From the IMG/VR virus record IMGVR_UViG_2529293142_000024: a DNA stretch of 6,159 nt; one strand, written 5' to 3'. Below, in pieces: positions 4,964-6,159 of the stretch; the stretch's first letter is position 1, and each line of letters opens with the position of its first letter. The translations under genes and the position numbers were made by a program. This DNA comes from a virus. Lineage: Duplodnaviria; Heunggongvirae; Uroviricota; Caudoviricetes. The notes beneath the pieces are model-generated. The model was not told the DNA's origin. It made no database searches and saw only the letters and a program-made list of their open reading frames with translations.

Positions 4964-6159
4964 GACTCCACCGTTATAACGATATTTTCCGGTGTACAGG
5001 ACGCAGATTCGTTGTATCTGATATCAATGTTTGATGACGACAAAGCCCCCGGGGATTTCCCAATCGTCAGTTCCTGAATATCGTAATAGCGTGCATTCCC
5101 GCCACTCACCACGCCAAGATTCGCCGGTGAGTAAATGCGACTTAAAAGGACCGAATCACCAATCATCAGACTATTGATATAGTCGGAAATAGCCTGCTGG
5201 ATCTGCTGCCCTATCTGTGAGGTATAACCCGTAAAAACTTTTAATTTAATCCGGGCATAAACAGGTACATCACTGGAACGCGAGAATTTGATTACATGGG
5301 GATTGCCGTATTTATCCGGAACCGTAACGGATGTTGTACCGTGAGTGGCTGTCCCCTGGCCTTTATTCCCTCTGATAGCCTGAGCAATATCCGTCACATC
5401 ACCGCCATCCACAATTACAGCAACAGAGTGTGGCGGTAACCCGTTACCGTCCTCCGAACCAGTATCGTTTTCATAGAGTTTGTGGCGGGTTACACCGGTA
5501 ACATTAGAAACAGCACCATCCAGTGCTTCAAATGGGGTTATTGATGGCAACGCAACACTTTGCGACTGGCGGATACGTAACTCAGCATCAGTTTCTGCCG
5601 GAGAGCCAACAGTAGCCGCAGCAGGATTAGTTACCGAAACCCAGCCACGGGTTGGCGTATTAATTTCAGTGATAGTTCCAGCCAGCGCCGCCACTGCACC
5701 ACTGACGGAACATGTTGCGGTCGCCATCACTGTACCATCCACGCCGACCACCACTGAAGCAGGCAAACGCCATATCACATTATTACTGTCTTTCACGCTG
5801 CCATTAATGATGGTTGTTCCGGCAGTTCCTGTAAGAAGCAAATCAACCGTAGAGTTCGTCGCGCCTTTACGTGAAATACCATTTATTTTCACGTTACTGG
5901 TCAGTGCAGCCCCATAGCCGGTTGCCGGTGAAAAACAGTTGTAGACAGTTATCGCCATATTATTAGCATCATGAATCGCCAGCGCCATCAGAGCCACCAT
6001 CTGGCCGTCTTTGCTGTCCGGTTCGAGGTAGGCATCACTGCCATAAATCTGCTGAAAATAGCTAATCAGGGTGCTGAGTATCGTCTGATAATCAGGCGCA
6101 CTGATCCCCTCCGCGGTTACCTTTGCAGATAAACCGAGAGAATCAAGGTTCAGAGCCAT
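4960..6159 (-). CDS. phage baseplate J-like protein (baseplate wedge); start codon lies at the window edge, so the gene may extend beyond it
   Basis: 399-codon ORF. Contains the AETDAELRIRQ motif and overall resemblance to Baseplate_J-family proteins of contractile-tail phages. Gene order J, I-like, fibre. Confidence 0.6.
   Translation of the reverse strand: MALNLDSLGLSAKVTAEGISAPDYQTILSTLISYFQQIYGSDAYLEPDSKDGQMVALMALAIHDANNMAITVYNCFSPATGYGAALTSNVKINGISRKGATNSTVDLLLTGTAGTTIINGSVKDSNNVIWRLPASVVVGVDGTVMATATCSVSGAVAALAGTITEINTPTRGWVSVTNPAAATVGSPAETDAELRIRQSQSVALPSITPFEALDGAVSNVTGVTRHKLYENDTGSEDGNGLPPHSVAVIVDGGDVTDIAQAIRGNKGQGTATHGTTSVTVPDKYGNPHVIKFSRSSDVPVYARIKLKVFTGYTSQIGQQIQQAISDYINSLMIGDSVLLSRIYSPANLGVVSGGNARYYDIQELTIGKSPGALSSSNIDIRYNESASCTPENIVITVES

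Noticed and set aside
3258-5917. ORFs within or antisense to the phage tail genes (3258-3473 minus, 3931-4323 plus, 3963-4196 plus, 4323-4646 plus, 4531-4836 minus, 4808-5077 plus, 5480-5917 plus)
   Set aside because: All sit inside tightly coupled, better-supported minus-strand tail genes in alternative frames or on the opposite strand. Their products are low-complexity or Ala/Ser/Pro-rich, typical of shadow frames.

Overview
The left end of the window holds two enterobacterial core genes in convergent orientation: a 63-codon yebW-like ORF (+) and pphA (-), a calcineurin-like Ser/Thr phosphatase. Upstream of pphA, where E. coli K-12 carries the ryeA/sdsR small-RNA locus, the sequence becomes a compositional mosaic that I interpret as the edge of a horizontally acquired island. 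It contains a short SdsR-like terminator fragment (minus strand, 1065-1100), a 25% GC block, a second structured sRNA-like segment, and a GC-normal block with a perfect 14-bp tandem duplication. The island cargo is an AT-rich (about 28% GC) acyltransferase-3 gene (1802-2945, +) of the O-antigen O-acetylase type. It carries 21 perfect tandem copies of the heptanucleotide CAGCCGA, which is the most interesting signal in the window and a candidate slipped-strand phase-variation switch. As sequenced, this gene is also broken by two single-base frame changes in A/T homopolymers. A bidirectional hairpin terminator separates it from a minus-strand contractile-tail prophage module: baseplate J-like (starts at the window edge), gpI-like protein, a tail fibre split at an A7 run, and a 59-codon ORF, all linked by overlapping stop/start signals. 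All three frame disruptions need +1 nt in a homopolymer, so sequencing artefact, decay and slippage-based expression cannot be told apart from sequence alone. No tRNA, rRNA, CRISPR, integrase or transposase was found. Homology calls rest on remembered family motifs and gene order, not on searches.
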